64,000 nt of DNA from Chthonomonas calidirosea (GTDB lineage: Bacteria > Armatimonadota > Fimbriimonadia > Fimbriimonadales > Fimbriimonadaceae), in assembly GCA_945859975.1 (NCBI GenBank), contig CAMAPH010000003.1:90871-154870 (forward strand), in the 5' to 3' direction. The position numbers and the translations under genes are program-made. Of this stretch, positions 28,834 to 38,019 are shown piece after piece (the first letter of the stretch is position 1; every line of letters starts with the position of its first letter). The notes under the pieces are model-generated. The model had not been told where the DNA came from. It worked only from the letters and a program-made list of their open reading frames with translations, and ran no database searches.

Positions 28834-29804
28834 TGTCCGAGGCCCCAGAGTGGGTAGTTCACGTTGAGGTTAACCGCAGCACCAAGTCGCTGGGTCGAAC
28901 CAGCGAGCCCAGCGGCCGTTGGGCTCATTCCTGGCGAGTACTCGGCGATGGTTGGCGTTGCGCCGATCATGGCTTCGGCCTTCAGGTACTTCGCGTGGCC
29001 ATCCGCGTAGCCAATCGTGAATCCACCGTTTTCGGTTCGAGCTTCAATGATCGTCTTGCCGACGACCGTTCCGTCGTTGGTTCCGTTGTACAGGTCGTTG
29101 ATGAGGTGCTCTCGAACAACTGCTGGGTAAACGGTTGCGGTTCGGTTGGTGAACTCAGCGTCAAGGAATCCGTTTGGAAGCACCGACGTCGTTGGGTTTG
29201 ACGTGACCCAGAACAGCATGGTCGAAGCAGGCTGTACGAGGGCAGTCTGAGTTCCACCGGTCCAGCTGTTTCGATAGATTCGGGAGCTAGCACCGATCAC
29301 GGCTTCGTCGTAGGTGTTCAACGATCCGGTGATCGCAAGGTTGATTGCGTAGCTGCCGAACATCTGACCGCAAGATTCCCAAGCGCCGTTTGGACAGCCG
29401 AAGGTTGCACCGGTGACTCGACCCTTAACTGGGTTGAAGAACATGTCAACGTTCTTAACGTATGGCATAACCCACTTTGGCCAGCTGAAGTGGTTCAACC
29501 GGTTGTAGAACTGAGTCGATCCATCTGGCGTGCATCCCTGACCGGCGGCCGAGTTGAGCGCCGCAGTCTTGAGCGCTGGATTCAGCGAGCTGAAGAGCAC
29601 GCACTCGTCGTTTCGAGCGTAAACGTCATCGTAGTCGCTGGTGTACAGGAACATACTCGTCGTGATCTGCTTCTGGTTGGAAAGCGAGGAAGTTCGCTTC
29701 GCGGCGGCCTTCGCCTGAGCGAAAACTGGGAAGAGAATTGCCGCGAGAATCGCGATGATCGCGATGACGACGAGGAGCTCAATCAGGGTAAATGCCTTTT
29801 TCAT
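28830..29804 (-). CDS. prepilin-type N-terminal cleavage/methylation protein (DUF1559-like) 2
   Basis: same N-terminus and YADGHAK; ends NYPLWGL. Confidence 0.92.
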   Translation of the reverse strand: MKKAFTLIELLVVIAIIAILAAILFPVFAQAKAAAKRTSSLSNQKQITTSMFLYTSDYDDVYARNDECVLFSSLNPALKTAALNSAAGQGCTPDGSTQFYNRLNHFSWPKWVMPYVKNVDMFFNPVKGRVTGATFGCPNGAWESCGQMFGSYAINLAITGSLNTYDEAVIGASSRIYRNSWTGGTQTALVQPASTMLFWVTSNPTTSVLPNGFLDAEFTNRTATVYPAVVREHLINDLYNGTNDGTVVGKTIIEARTENGGFTIGYADGHAKYLKAEAMIGATPTIAEYSPGMSPTAAGLAGSTQRLGAAVNLNVNYPLWGLGQ

Positions 29805-29948
29805 GATGTCCGTTCCTGCAGGTGCCCAAAATCCCGAACGACCTCAACACCCACCGTCCACGAGTAGTTTAAGGACAAATTGTTAAGAGTGTTTTAAGTT
29901 TCTTTGGTTTTGCAAAAGAAACTGAGAACACCGTAGTTTTGCCAGCCG

Positions 29949-29984
29949 AAAAAAAGGCGACCACGGAATTGTCCGTGGTCGCCC
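29949..29984 (-). terminator. intrinsic terminator of module 3
   Basis: ggcgaccacgga/tccgtggtcgcc stem, T7 on the minus strand. Confidence 0.8.
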
Positions 29985-30006
29985 TTTCCGCCAATACGCG
30001 ACTGGC

Positions 30007-30228
30007 TTACTGTTGCCCTTCGACCTGACCGTCGTTTCGAGCGGCTTCCCGAGCTTTCTGCTCTTCGAGCTCTTTCTCTTTCCCGGCGGCTTTCATGGCC
30101 TTTTCGTAGTTCTCCTGAGAGAACTCCTGCTTCATCTTTTGTGAATCAGCTTCCGTCACCTCGGTTGGTGCACAACCGAGGCTACAGACTGCAATGACGC
30201 CCAAAAGCAAAAGTCCAAGCTTCTGCAC
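30007..30228 (-). CDS. small lipoprotein (73 aa)
   Basis: GTG start in TAGTG overlap with prepilin-like 3 stop; lipobox SLGC; charged helical body. Confidence 0.78.
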   Translation of the reverse strand: MQKLGLLLLGVIAVCSLGCAPTEVTEADSQKMKQEFSQENYEKAMKAAGKEKELEEQKAREAARNDGQVEGQQ

Positions 30229-31202
30229 TAGTTCGCTACCAGTCCCCACATTGGGTAGTTGATGTTCAAGTTCGGCTGCACGAAGCCGAGGTTGCCCGAG
30301 GTCAGGTACCGGCAGTCGTCCTGGAAGGTCCAGCCTGCGGTGTGGCTACCCGTCACGCCCAAGTACTCGAGCTTCGAAGGGGTTCGGCCGAGGAAGTTTC
30401 CAGCATTAAGGAACTTCGCGCTGCCGTCAGTGAAGCCAACGGTGACGCCGCCCGAAGCGATCTTTGCCGAGTCTGGCTCGGTTCCGCTGGTTCCTGCGAT
30501 GCAGTCAGCGATCGTGCCCTTCATGAGCTTATAACGCCAGAATTCCCGGATTGCTGCTGGGTAGATCGTGACGGTTGGGGTGATTCCCTGGGAGTCGACC
30601 GATCCGCCTGGAAGCATTGGAACGCCGGAGTTTGGAACTTCCAGCATGATCAACGTCTCGGATGGCGATGGAACCGAGGTGGTGGAACCGCCAAGCCAGC
30701 TGTTTCGAACCTGTCGCGAGAAGGTCGGCGTTCGGTTGTAGGTGTCCAACTGTCCGGTAACCGAGGTATTCAGTGCAAAACCGCCAACGATCTGGCCGTT
30801 GTTGTTCCAGTTTGCGCTGTCCTTAACGCGAAGTGGGTGCTCGAAGAGAGGAACGTTCTTGATGTACGGGAAAACCCACTTCTGCCAAGAGAAAGCGTTT
30901 CGTCGGTACTTGAAGTTGCCGGTGGTGCAGCCGACGCCGATACCGTTAGCCGGAAAGTCGTTGAGGTTCAGAGCTGAGTTCAGCGAGCTACCAGCAACGC
31001 AATCGTCGTTTCGCGGATACAGGTCGTCGTAGTCGGTGGTGTAGAGGATGATGCCGAGACCGATCTGCTTCTGGTTCGAAAGTGCAGCGGTCTTCTTCGC
31101 CGCAAGCTTGGCTTGTGCGAATACAGGGAACAAGATCGCCGCTAGGATCGCAATAATCGCGATCACGACTAGGAGCTCGATAAGGGTGAATGCTTTTTTC
31201 AT
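30228..31202 (-). CDS. prepilin-type N-terminal cleavage/methylation protein (DUF1559-like) 3
   Basis: [11 protein letters not shown] start at 31202; FTDGSAK; ends NYPMWGL. Confidence 0.92.
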   Translation of the reverse strand: MKKAFTLIELLVVIAIIAILAAILFPVFAQAKLAAKKTAALSNQKQIGLGIILYTTDYDDLYPRNDDCVAGSSLNSALNLNDFPANGIGVGCTTGNFKYRRNAFSWQKWVFPYIKNVPLFEHPLRVKDSANWNNNGQIVGGFALNTSVTGQLDTYNRTPTFSRQVRNSWLGGSTTSVPSPSETLIMLEVPNSGVPMLPGGSVDSQGITPTVTIYPAAIREFWRYKLMKGTIADCIAGTSGTEPDSAKIASGGVTVGFTDGSAKFLNAGNFLGRTPSKLEYLGVTGSHTAGWTFQDDCRYLTSGNLGFVQPNLNINYPMWGLVAN

Positions 31203-31343
31203 GAGAGACGCTCTTCGTTCGAACCGAACAATGAAATTTTGCCCTTTTTTTGTTAACAAAATGTTATTGGGCCGCAAAAAGTCTAGTCCGGACTTGGTGC
31301 CCCGTCAAGGTCGCGTCAGGCACGTGCGCCATTCTGCCCCCTC

Positions 31344-32594
31344 CTATTCTTTGTAGAGTCGAGCTTGTTCCCGGAAGCCAGCAAACTCTAGAACTTCATG
31401 TTCCATCCGACCGGTAATTTCTGCAAGTGAGGTTTGGCTTTCGATGACATTACGAAGCCAGTCATTACCCGCGAGAATGTCGATTGGCATTCGATCGTGA
31501 ACGTATTCGTACGGTGGTTGTTTCCAGGAGAATCCGTTTAGTTGAGTCTCCGCCGACGCCGCTTCAAACATGCTTGGGCGTTCAACTTTGCTGGAATCGA
31601 CAAGGCCGGTCTGACGAATACAGGCTTGAAGAATCGCAATGTAGGTCAACACCGGACGAAACGTTAAGCGATCCGTGACATGGACAAAACATCCCTCGCA
31701 CAGCTTTTTGGCGTGCTTGTTGAAAGTTGGTTCGAACTGGATCGGGCGGAACTTCACACCTTCCAAACCAAGCCCGTTGAGATCTTCCGCCAGCTTCCAA
31801 CCGTCCAAGAACGGCGCGCCAAAGGTTTCAAAGGGTCGAGTTGTACCGCGGCCCTCGCTTAGGTTTGTGGCCTCCAACAGGCAACCGCCGGGATAGACAA
31901 CCGCCGTTTCGACGGTGGGCATGTTTGGGCTTGGCATTGCCCACGGATAGTCGAGCGTATCGAAATACTGATCCCGGTGCCAACCCTGGACCTCCACGAT
32001 GTCCACCTCGGCCCGACCCGACAAGTAGCGGGCATTGACGTAGCGAAGCACCTCTCCTGCGGTGAGTCCATGGCGAGTTGGGACGGAGTACAGACCCACA
32101 AAACTCGAATACGTCATGTCCAAAACCGGCCCTTCCACCTGAGTGCCGCCGATTGGATTGGGGCGATCGAGGAGCAGCATCGGAATCCCCAGCTCGGAAC
32201 AAGCCTCCATGCAATGACAGATCGTCCAGACGAAGGTGTAATAGCGGCTGCCAATGTCGGGGATATCTGCGACCAAGAGCTCAACACCGGTGAGCATTTC
32301 GGCGGTCGGCTTTCGATGATTGCCATAGAGCGAATGGATCACGAGTCCGGTCCGCGAATCGGGCAAACCTTCCCACTCGATCATGTTGTCTTGGGTGTGC
32401 CCATAAAGCCCGTGCTCGGGCCCGAAGACTGCCGCGATCGTGAGAAAACCGGATCGGTGGAGCGGCAAGAGCAAATCCAGAATGTGATCTGCGTTCACAT
32501 CGATGGTCGCTTGGTTGCACACGACGCCAATCCGCTTTCCGCGCAATTTTGCGAAGTCCGAGGCGACAAGCTGATCAAGTCCGGTTGCGATCAC
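31344..32594 (-). CDS. DUF1343 / NamZ-like exo-beta-N-acetylmuramidase
   Basis: FGPEHG, SLYG, DIPDIGSRYYT, LDRPNP, RHGLT.GE, PSPNMP, SEGRGTTRPFE. Confidence 0.88.
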   Translation of the reverse strand: MIATGLDQLVASDFAKLRGKRIGVVCNQATIDVNADHILDLLLPLHRSGFLTIAAVFGPEHGLYGHTQDNMIEWEGLPDSRTGLVIHSLYGNHRKPTAEMLTGVELLVADIPDIGSRYYTFVWTICHCMEACSELGIPMLLLDRPNPIGGTQVEGPVLDMTYSSFVGLYSVPTRHGLTAGEVLRYVNARYLSGRAEVDIVEVQGWHRDQYFDTLDYPWAMPSPNMPTVETAVVYPGGCLLEATNLSEGRGTTRPFETFGAPFLDGWKLAEDLNGLGLEGVKFRPIQFEPTFNKHAKKLCEGCFVHVTDRLTFRPVLTYIAILQACIRQTGLVDSSKVERPSMFEAASAETQLNGFSWKQPPYEYVHDRMPIDILAGNDWLRNVIESQTSLAEITGRMEHEVLEFAGFREQARLYKE

Positions 32595-32630
32595 CGCTGA
32601 ACTTTACTCTCCGGAACGACCGCCGAAAGA

Positions 32631-32663
32631 ATTTGTCACGGCAACGTCACGGAGATGTTTCGG
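32631..32663 (+). promoter_or_regulatory. heptamer direct-repeat box (GTCACGG, 11-bp period)
   Basis: atttGTCACGGcaacGTCACGGagatGTTTCGG upstream of 32714. Confidence 0.6.
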
Positions 32664-32713
32664 GACGGTTGGAATCATGTATCCATCGCTCAAAGAGAGC
32701 GAGAAGAGAAACC

Positions 32714-33622
32714 ATGAAAAATTCGCAAATCCTCGTTGCTCGTGCTCTGTTCATTTCCGGCGTAGCAATGGCACTTGCGTCGGGTGCCAATGCCCAGTTT
32801 TCCTTCACCCCAAAGGCCCCCCAGCACCTGTTCCGCGCCGAACAGATGGCGCTCGGGATCCACGAACAAACTTACTATGGCCACCTGGGCGAGCATGTGA
32901 ACGGAGCATACGTCTCCCACAATCGATACGGGGCCAGTTGGGCAAACACGGTCGTTGAGTTCGGAACCTCGATCTACACCAAAGACAAGCCGGTGTACGC
33001 GACCTACTACAAGAACAATACGGTCTGCGGAAACTTCGTCACGCGGATGCTGGGAGTCGCCTACAACTGGGATTGGACCCAGTACAGCATTCCTGGCGAA
33101 ACGGCAACGAACAGCCCAAACAGCCGACAGTACGCGAAGCTGATTCAAAACAACATCGGATTCACGCAAGTCACCGACATTGCGACCGTGACAAAAGGCG
33201 ACATCATGGTGATCGACTACAAGACGGATCCCGACAGTGACGTCAATAGCGGTCACACGATGATCGTTCGAAGCAACAACGGCTTCTTCACGACTCAAGC
33301 CGATGCGGTTGAAAGCAAGGTGTACCGAGTTTGGTCGTTCGGGATCGTCGACAGCACTTCTTCGCCCCACGACGACACGTATGACCGTGCCGATAGCCGC
33401 AGAATCACCTTGAAATCTGGTGCGACGCACTCGGCCAAGGGTGCCGGAGTTGGGACGCTCTTTGTGATCACAGACACGGCCAACGCCATTCAGGGATATG
33501 CCTGGAAGTTTACGACGGCTTCGTTTAGTAAGTCGTACACGAACATCATGAGCAATAGCGGCCAGACCCAGACGGCAAGACCGATCTCCATTGGTCGGCT
33601 GATCCTGCCAGCACAACCTTAA
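32714..33622 (+). CDS. secreted hypothetical protein, possible papain-like/NlpC-P60 fold
   Basis: signal peptide ending ANA; VCGNFV...KGDIMVI...SGHTMIV. Confidence 0.7.
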   Translation: MKNSQILVARALFISGVAMALASGANAQFSFTPKAPQHLFRAEQMALGIHEQTYYGHLGEHVNGAYVSHNRYGASWANTVVEFGTSIYTKDKPVYATYYKNNTVCGNFVTRMLGVAYNWDWTQYSIPGETATNSPNSRQYAKLIQNNIGFTQVTDIATVTKGDIMVIDYKTDPDSDVNSGHTMIVRSNNGFFTTQADAVESKVYRVWSFGIVDSTSSPHDDTYDRADSRRITLKSGATHSAKGAGVGTLFVITDTANAIQGYAWKFTTASFSKSYTNIMSNSGQTQTARPISIGRLILPAQP

Positions 33623-33628
33623 AGGCGT

Positions 33629-34027
33629 CTATCCAACGCTCATGCCATCGACAATCGCCTGGAAGGCTGATTTCCAGGCGGTTTCCACTTCTGGTGTCCA
33701 TTGCTCGCCTAGGGTAAGCGCCATTTCCGTCAACAGAACCTGCCCCATCGGTGCGTAATGGTCCGGCTTCACGCCGTACGCCTCGTGCCGCTTTCCGAGC
33801 CCGGAGAGCATTGGCTCCAGAATCTCCGGGTGTTCGATCTGCTCCACTAGAAAACTCAGCATCTCCATCAGGCGAGCTTTCTGCCTCGTCATGTCGGTGC
33901 CAAACATCGGTCGGGTCTCCGGCAGTGCAGCAAACAGCGCGGAATAGAATCGTTCGGCAAAATCCGACTCGGGTGCGCCGAGAAGGGTCACCGAACGGTT
34001 TAACTCGCGAATCTGATTCGACGTCAT
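33629..34027 (-). CDS. single-domain globin (flavohaemoglobin-like globin domain)
   Basis: FY..LF...PE.RPMF, Q(E7), LGKRH..YGV...HY, AW. Confidence 0.9.
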   Translation of the reverse strand: MTSNQIRELNRSVTLLGAPESDFAERFYSALFAALPETRPMFGTDMTRQKARLMEMLSFLVEQIEHPEILEPMLSGLGKRHEAYGVKPDHYAPMGQVLLTEMALTLGEQWTPEVETAWKSAFQAIVDGMSVG

Positions 34028-36924
34028 AACACCACGCTATCAAGTCGTCGGGACATTTCCGTGACAAATGCCGGTTCTCGAACAAATTCTTCTGCCGCCG
34101 CGTTTGCCATGGCACACGCCATGTCTTTCGAGTCGCACGTCCAGAGTGAGGACCAGACCGGGTGCGCCGGTCCATCGGATTCTTTTCCGCGCCAGTGGGC
34201 CGCCGCTGCTTCGGCGGCAAGGGAGAGGCTCGGATTCGCTTCACGAGCGCACATTGAGAACAAATCGAACGAATTGGCCAGGAACAAGTCGCTGAGCTGC
34301 GCGCAACCGGTGAACAGCTTAGAGATCGCGATCCGAAATCCGACAAGATCGCCCGTGCGGTGCGAATGTGATGCGCGAACTCGATAGGTTTCCCAAAGCA
34401 GGCTTCGATTGCCACCGCGCTCGGCAATCTCGTCGGCTTCATGCATGATCGTCTCGAACTCGCTCGGTTCGATTTCTGCGTACGCCAGAAGCGCGCCGCA
34501 CAGGAAGTCCTGCAGGCCAATCTCCCTTAGCCGCTGTGTCCCCTGGCGCAAAAGCGGACGTGCGGCTTCGGATCGGCCGGCTCCTAGATAGATCCGCGCA
34601 AGGTCGGCATAGCTACGTGACATTTCCGCCAGGTCCGGAGATCGTAATCTTGCCGCGAAGACTTGTTCGGCTATCTGGACGGCACTCGCAATCTCGCCTT
34701 TCTTCAAAAGCAGGTTGCTGATTCCCGATCGGGCAAGGTCCCGGCCGTTAGGCTGATTTAGCCGGTCGAACGTATCTGCCGCGCTTTGGGCAAGTTCGAT
34801 GGCACGATCCACGTTTGTAAAGGCGAGGGTTCGGGCAGACCAGTTCATCTGCACCCATGCCACACCGCCAACGTCGCCGATCGCCGAAAAGGCTTTTTCG
34901 GCTCGGGCGAAGGCTTCATCCGCTTCCAAATCCTCCCGCAGGAGGGAGAGAAAAAGGGCCAGACCAAGTGCCGCCTCCGCAAACGTGATCGTTTGCGTTT
35001 CCGTCGCTTGTCGTACGGCAACGCGAACGGGTTCGACGAGCTTGGCCGCGTTGCCCTGGGCGCATCCCCAACGCCAAATCCCGACCACAAACTTGGTCGC
35101 GATCGAAGGAGCAACCTGATTCGCGCGTCGAATGGCCCAGTCCAGTAGGTCGGCCTCTTTGGCCATCTCCGCGTAGGCCACCGCTTGCTCGGGTCCCGTC
35201 TGCTCCCGGCTCAGGCGGTATGCCCAAGTGGCGATCCCTTCCAAGACTGCGGTCTCTTCCGCTTCGAGTTCGGAAGCGTCGCCCGCTGAGCGGATGGCGG
35301 CCCGGATGGGTTCAAGCACTCGGAATCTACGCCCTGCGCTGGTCGCTTCGACTTGCAACAAGCAGCGGCGGGCGAGTGATTCCAATAGCTCCGGGGCACC
35401 GGAACCCAGAATCTGGTCCGCCAAGCTGCGGTTGGTGCCGTTGGGCAAAAACGCTAACCTGGTCATCGCGGTGCGGAGTTCGGGGTCAAGTTCGGCGCGG
35501 ATTCCCAGCCAGGCGGCTTCCAATCCGGGTTCGCGCTGCGCTCCCGAGCCACCCTTGAGAACCCACTCCGTGAATCCCTTGTCCCATTGCTGCAGAATCT
35601 CGCTCGGGGTCAGGATTCGGAGACGGCTGCCGTACAGCCGGAGCGCTAGCGGCAGGCCATCCAGCTTCTGGACGATCATGCGAATCGCCGACCAATCGGA
35701 TTCGGTGAAGGCATCAACAATCGAGGCGTCAAGTCCGTACAGTAGAAGCTGTACCGAGGCGTAGGTTCGCAACTCGGCCGGCGATTGGTTCGAGGCGGGA
35801 ATGGGCAACGGACCGAGGTAGATCGGGCTCAAATCCTCTCGCCCCAAGTTCGCGCGCGAAATGGTTAGCAGGCGATGCCCAAGACGCCGGGCAGATTCTG
35901 CTGCGTGGCCCAGTTGCTGGGGAGACAGTTCTTCAAGCCGTAGCACCAGCGAACCCTGAGGCGTATTGCTCTCGAGCCCATGCACGACCGGCAGCCCGGT
36001 TTGCTGACGGAAGTGCCAGGCAATCTCGCGCGCGAAGTGGGATTTGCCAATGCCGATCGGCCCAATGAGGTTCACCCAGGCTTGCGGATTTTCGAGGGCA
36101 GCTAAGGCAGCCGCGAGTTCGCTTTCGCGACCGAATGTGGTTGGCGGACGCAACACCGGCTCGGTGACTACAGCAACCGAGACCGGCGCGCGATCTGCGG
36201 GGGCTTCTCGCAGAATGGAGCGCAGTTCGTCGCTTGGCCGCCGACCAAGCTCGCGTTGCAGCAGTTCTTCGTAGTTCTGCAGCGCCTGTCGCGCCCTCGG
36301 GTGCTTACCCCGCGCGACCAATCGCCGCAGAAGGGCCCGTTGAGAATCTTCGTCCAGCGGGTCGTGTTGAACGGCTTGGAGGCTGGACTCGATAGCTTCA
36401 TCCAGAAGGCCTCCCGCTTCTTGAGCTTCGGCCAGGGCCAGCCATGCTTGGCGAACACGTTCAGCGTACGATTGCCGAACGGAGAGAGTCCACGGCTCAA
36501 GGTAGCCCGCCAAAAACGGACCCGTGACCTGCTTTGTCGCGAGATCGTATTGCTGAATTCGGCGCTCCGAATCCTCGGCGATCGAAGCGTTGCGCATCGC
36601 CGCATCAAACTCCCAGACATCAACCGCAAGGTCCGTTGCCACCAATGAGACCCATTGTCGGTCCGCGTCGATGATGTGCCCAAACGGACCAAGCGATTCT
36701 CTCAGGCGCCGAAGCTCTTGCCGTAGCCGGACTCGCGTTACATCGAGATATTCGTCGGGCCACAACTCTTCCGCCAGTTCGTCCCGGCCCATGCGTCGGT
36801 CGCGCGCGGTTGCTGCGCGGGCCAAAATGAGAGCACTTCGACGAGTTGGAAACCGGGCAAGGGTCCCCTCGGCGTGTTCAATTCGGAGTGGCCCGAAGAG
36901 ATGCAAACGGGCCACTAAACTCAC
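34024..36924 (-). CDS. AfsR/SARP-family regulator (wHTH-BTAD-ATPase-TPR)
   Basis: LFGPL, RDELAEELWP, VDVWEF, GPFLAG, DPLDE, FGRESEL, GPIGIGKS, LDGLPLAL, C-terminal helical repeats. Confidence 0.88.
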   Translation of the reverse strand: MSLVARLHLFGPLRIEHAEGTLARFPTRRSALILARAATARDRRMGRDELAEELWPDEYLDVTRVRLRQELRRLRESLGPFGHIIDADRQWVSLVATDLAVDVWEFDAAMRNASIAEDSERRIQQYDLATKQVTGPFLAGYLEPWTLSVRQSYAERVRQAWLALAEAQEAGGLLDEAIESSLQAVQHDPLDEDSQRALLRRLVARGKHPRARQALQNYEELLQRELGRRPSDELRSILREAPADRAPVSVAVVTEPVLRPPTTFGRESELAAALAALENPQAWVNLIGPIGIGKSHFAREIAWHFRQQTGLPVVHGLESNTPQGSLVLRLEELSPQQLGHAAESARRLGHRLLTISRANLGREDLSPIYLGPLPIPASNQSPAELRTYASVQLLLYGLDASIVDAFTESDWSAIRMIVQKLDGLPLALRLYGSRLRILTPSEILQQWDKGFTEWVLKGGSGAQREPGLEAAWLGIRAELDPELRTAMTRLAFLPNGTNRSLADQILGSGAPELLESLARRCLLQVEATSAGRRFRVLEPIRAAIRSAGDASELEAEETAVLEGIATWAYRLSREQTGPEQAVAYAEMAKEADLLDWAIRRANQVAPSIATKFVVGIWRWGCAQGNAAKLVEPVRVAVRQATETQTITFAEAALGLALFLSLLREDLEADEAFARAEKAFSAIGDVGGVAWVQMNWSARTLAFTNVDRAIELAQSAADTFDRLNQPNGRDLARSGISNLLLKKGEIASAVQIAEQVFAARLRSPDLAEMSRSYADLARIYLGAGRSEAARPLLRQGTQRLREIGLQDFLCGALLAYAEIEPSEFETIMHEADEIAERGGNRSLLWETYRVRASHSHRTGDLVGFRIAISKLFTGCAQLSDLFLANSFDLFSMCAREANPSLSLAAEAAAAHWRGKESDGPAHPVWSSLWTCDSKDMACAMANAAAEEFVREPAFVTEMSRRLDSVVL
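34034..34069 (-). promoter_or_regulatory. heptamer-repeat box plus -10 for globin (inside 3' end of SARP gene)
   Basis: minus strand atttGTCACGGaaatGTCCCGA-N8-TAGCGT-N6-ATG. Confidence 0.6.
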
Positions 36925-36969
36925 GCCGACTATTATTGCAAAGTGCGAGCAAAACTTGGCAAAAAATGC

Positions 36970-38010
36970 CTAGTCCGCGGTGGCGTAGATGGCTTCGTCT
37001 TCCGCCGTAAACGGCAAATCCACCCTTCCACCGGTACGGCCGGAATGGTAAGTGGCAAAGATAAGCTCCGTTGCGCGCAGGGCCCGGCGAGCCGAGAGTT
37101 CCGACTCTTGACCGGTTTCGAGGCTAGCCGCGATATCGGCGAAAGCCAAAGCAAACGCGTCGAGTTCGCCGTCCTCGAGCTTGATCGAGATTTCTTCCCA
37201 ACCATTTGTCCCATCCGACCAAACGCGGAGCGAATCCCAACTGGTCGCGCCAATCTCAATGAATCCCTTTGAACCTACAACCCGAATCTGCACCTTCCAG
37301 CCGTGATCGCCCTCGGTGGGCATGATCGCTCGGACGCCGTTCTCAAACTTGATGAGACTGACACCTTGGCCTTCCAACTGGACGCCGAACACTTTGTGTC
37401 CGCCCGATGGCTCAACTTGTCCCAGAACCGATACTGCCGGTGATTCGGCATTGAGGAAGAACGCCATGTCGAACCAGTGGGTGCCCCAGTCGAAAAGGTT
37501 ATGCGTCGGTAGCTCAAGCACCTGAAGCTCGCCAATTCTCCCGGACTCGATGAGGGATTTCGCGATGGTGTACGCCTTGTCGAACCGGCGCTGGTGGTTG
37601 AAGGTGAGTTGCGTTCCGGATGCCGCACAGGCTTCGACCATTCGTTTTGCCGCGGCCCAGGTTGGAGCCATTGGCTTCTCGCAGTGGACGGCCGGAACCT
37701 TCGCCTCGGCGCAAGCAAGCACCATCGACTCGTGAAGGTGGGGCCAAGTGCAAATGCTTACAAGGTCCGGCTTCACCGTTTCCAGCATTTCTTTGTAATC
37801 CGTAAAGATTTCTGCTGGGCCGTGTTCCTCTGCAAATGCTTCGGCGTTCTCGCGAACAATGTCGGCCAGCGCGACCAGTTCGGTATTGGGACACGCGATG
37901 TACCCACGCGCATGGCTGTGGGAAATGCCGCTACCGGTTGAACCCTCAGCTTTCCAGGGCTTGCCGCAACCGATGATGGCCGAACGAAGAATCCGCGATG
38001 ATCCTGACAT
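36970..38010 (-). CDS. Gfo/Idh/MocA oxidoreductase
   Basis: IIGCG, ICTWPHLH, CEKPMA, NHQRRF, DWGTHWFD. Confidence 0.92.
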   Translation of the reverse strand: MSGSSRILRSAIIGCGKPWKAEGSTGSGISHSHARGYIACPNTELVALADIVRENAEAFAEEHGPAEIFTDYKEMLETVKPDLVSICTWPHLHESMVLACAEAKVPAVHCEKPMAPTWAAAKRMVEACAASGTQLTFNHQRRFDKAYTIAKSLIESGRIGELQVLELPTHNLFDWGTHWFDMAFFLNAESPAVSVLGQVEPSGGHKVFGVQLEGQGVSLIKFENGVRAIMPTEGDHGWKVQIRVVGSKGFIEIGATSWDSLRVWSDGTNGWEEISIKLEDGELDAFALAFADIAASLETGQESELSARRALRATELIFATYHSGRTGGRVDLPFTAEDEAIYATAD

Positions 38011-38019
38011 TTGGCGAGT

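Noticed and set aside
32690..33616. 308-aa minus-strand ORF
   Set aside because: Mirror of the plus-strand secreted gene, which has a signal peptide, a purine-rich RBS-like region and a catalytic-like motif.
36938..36963. GCAAA repeats at 10-11 bp spacing upstream of the SARP gene
   Set aside because: Short, irregularly spaced and not matching the GTCACGG box; could be chance in an AT-rich promoter.
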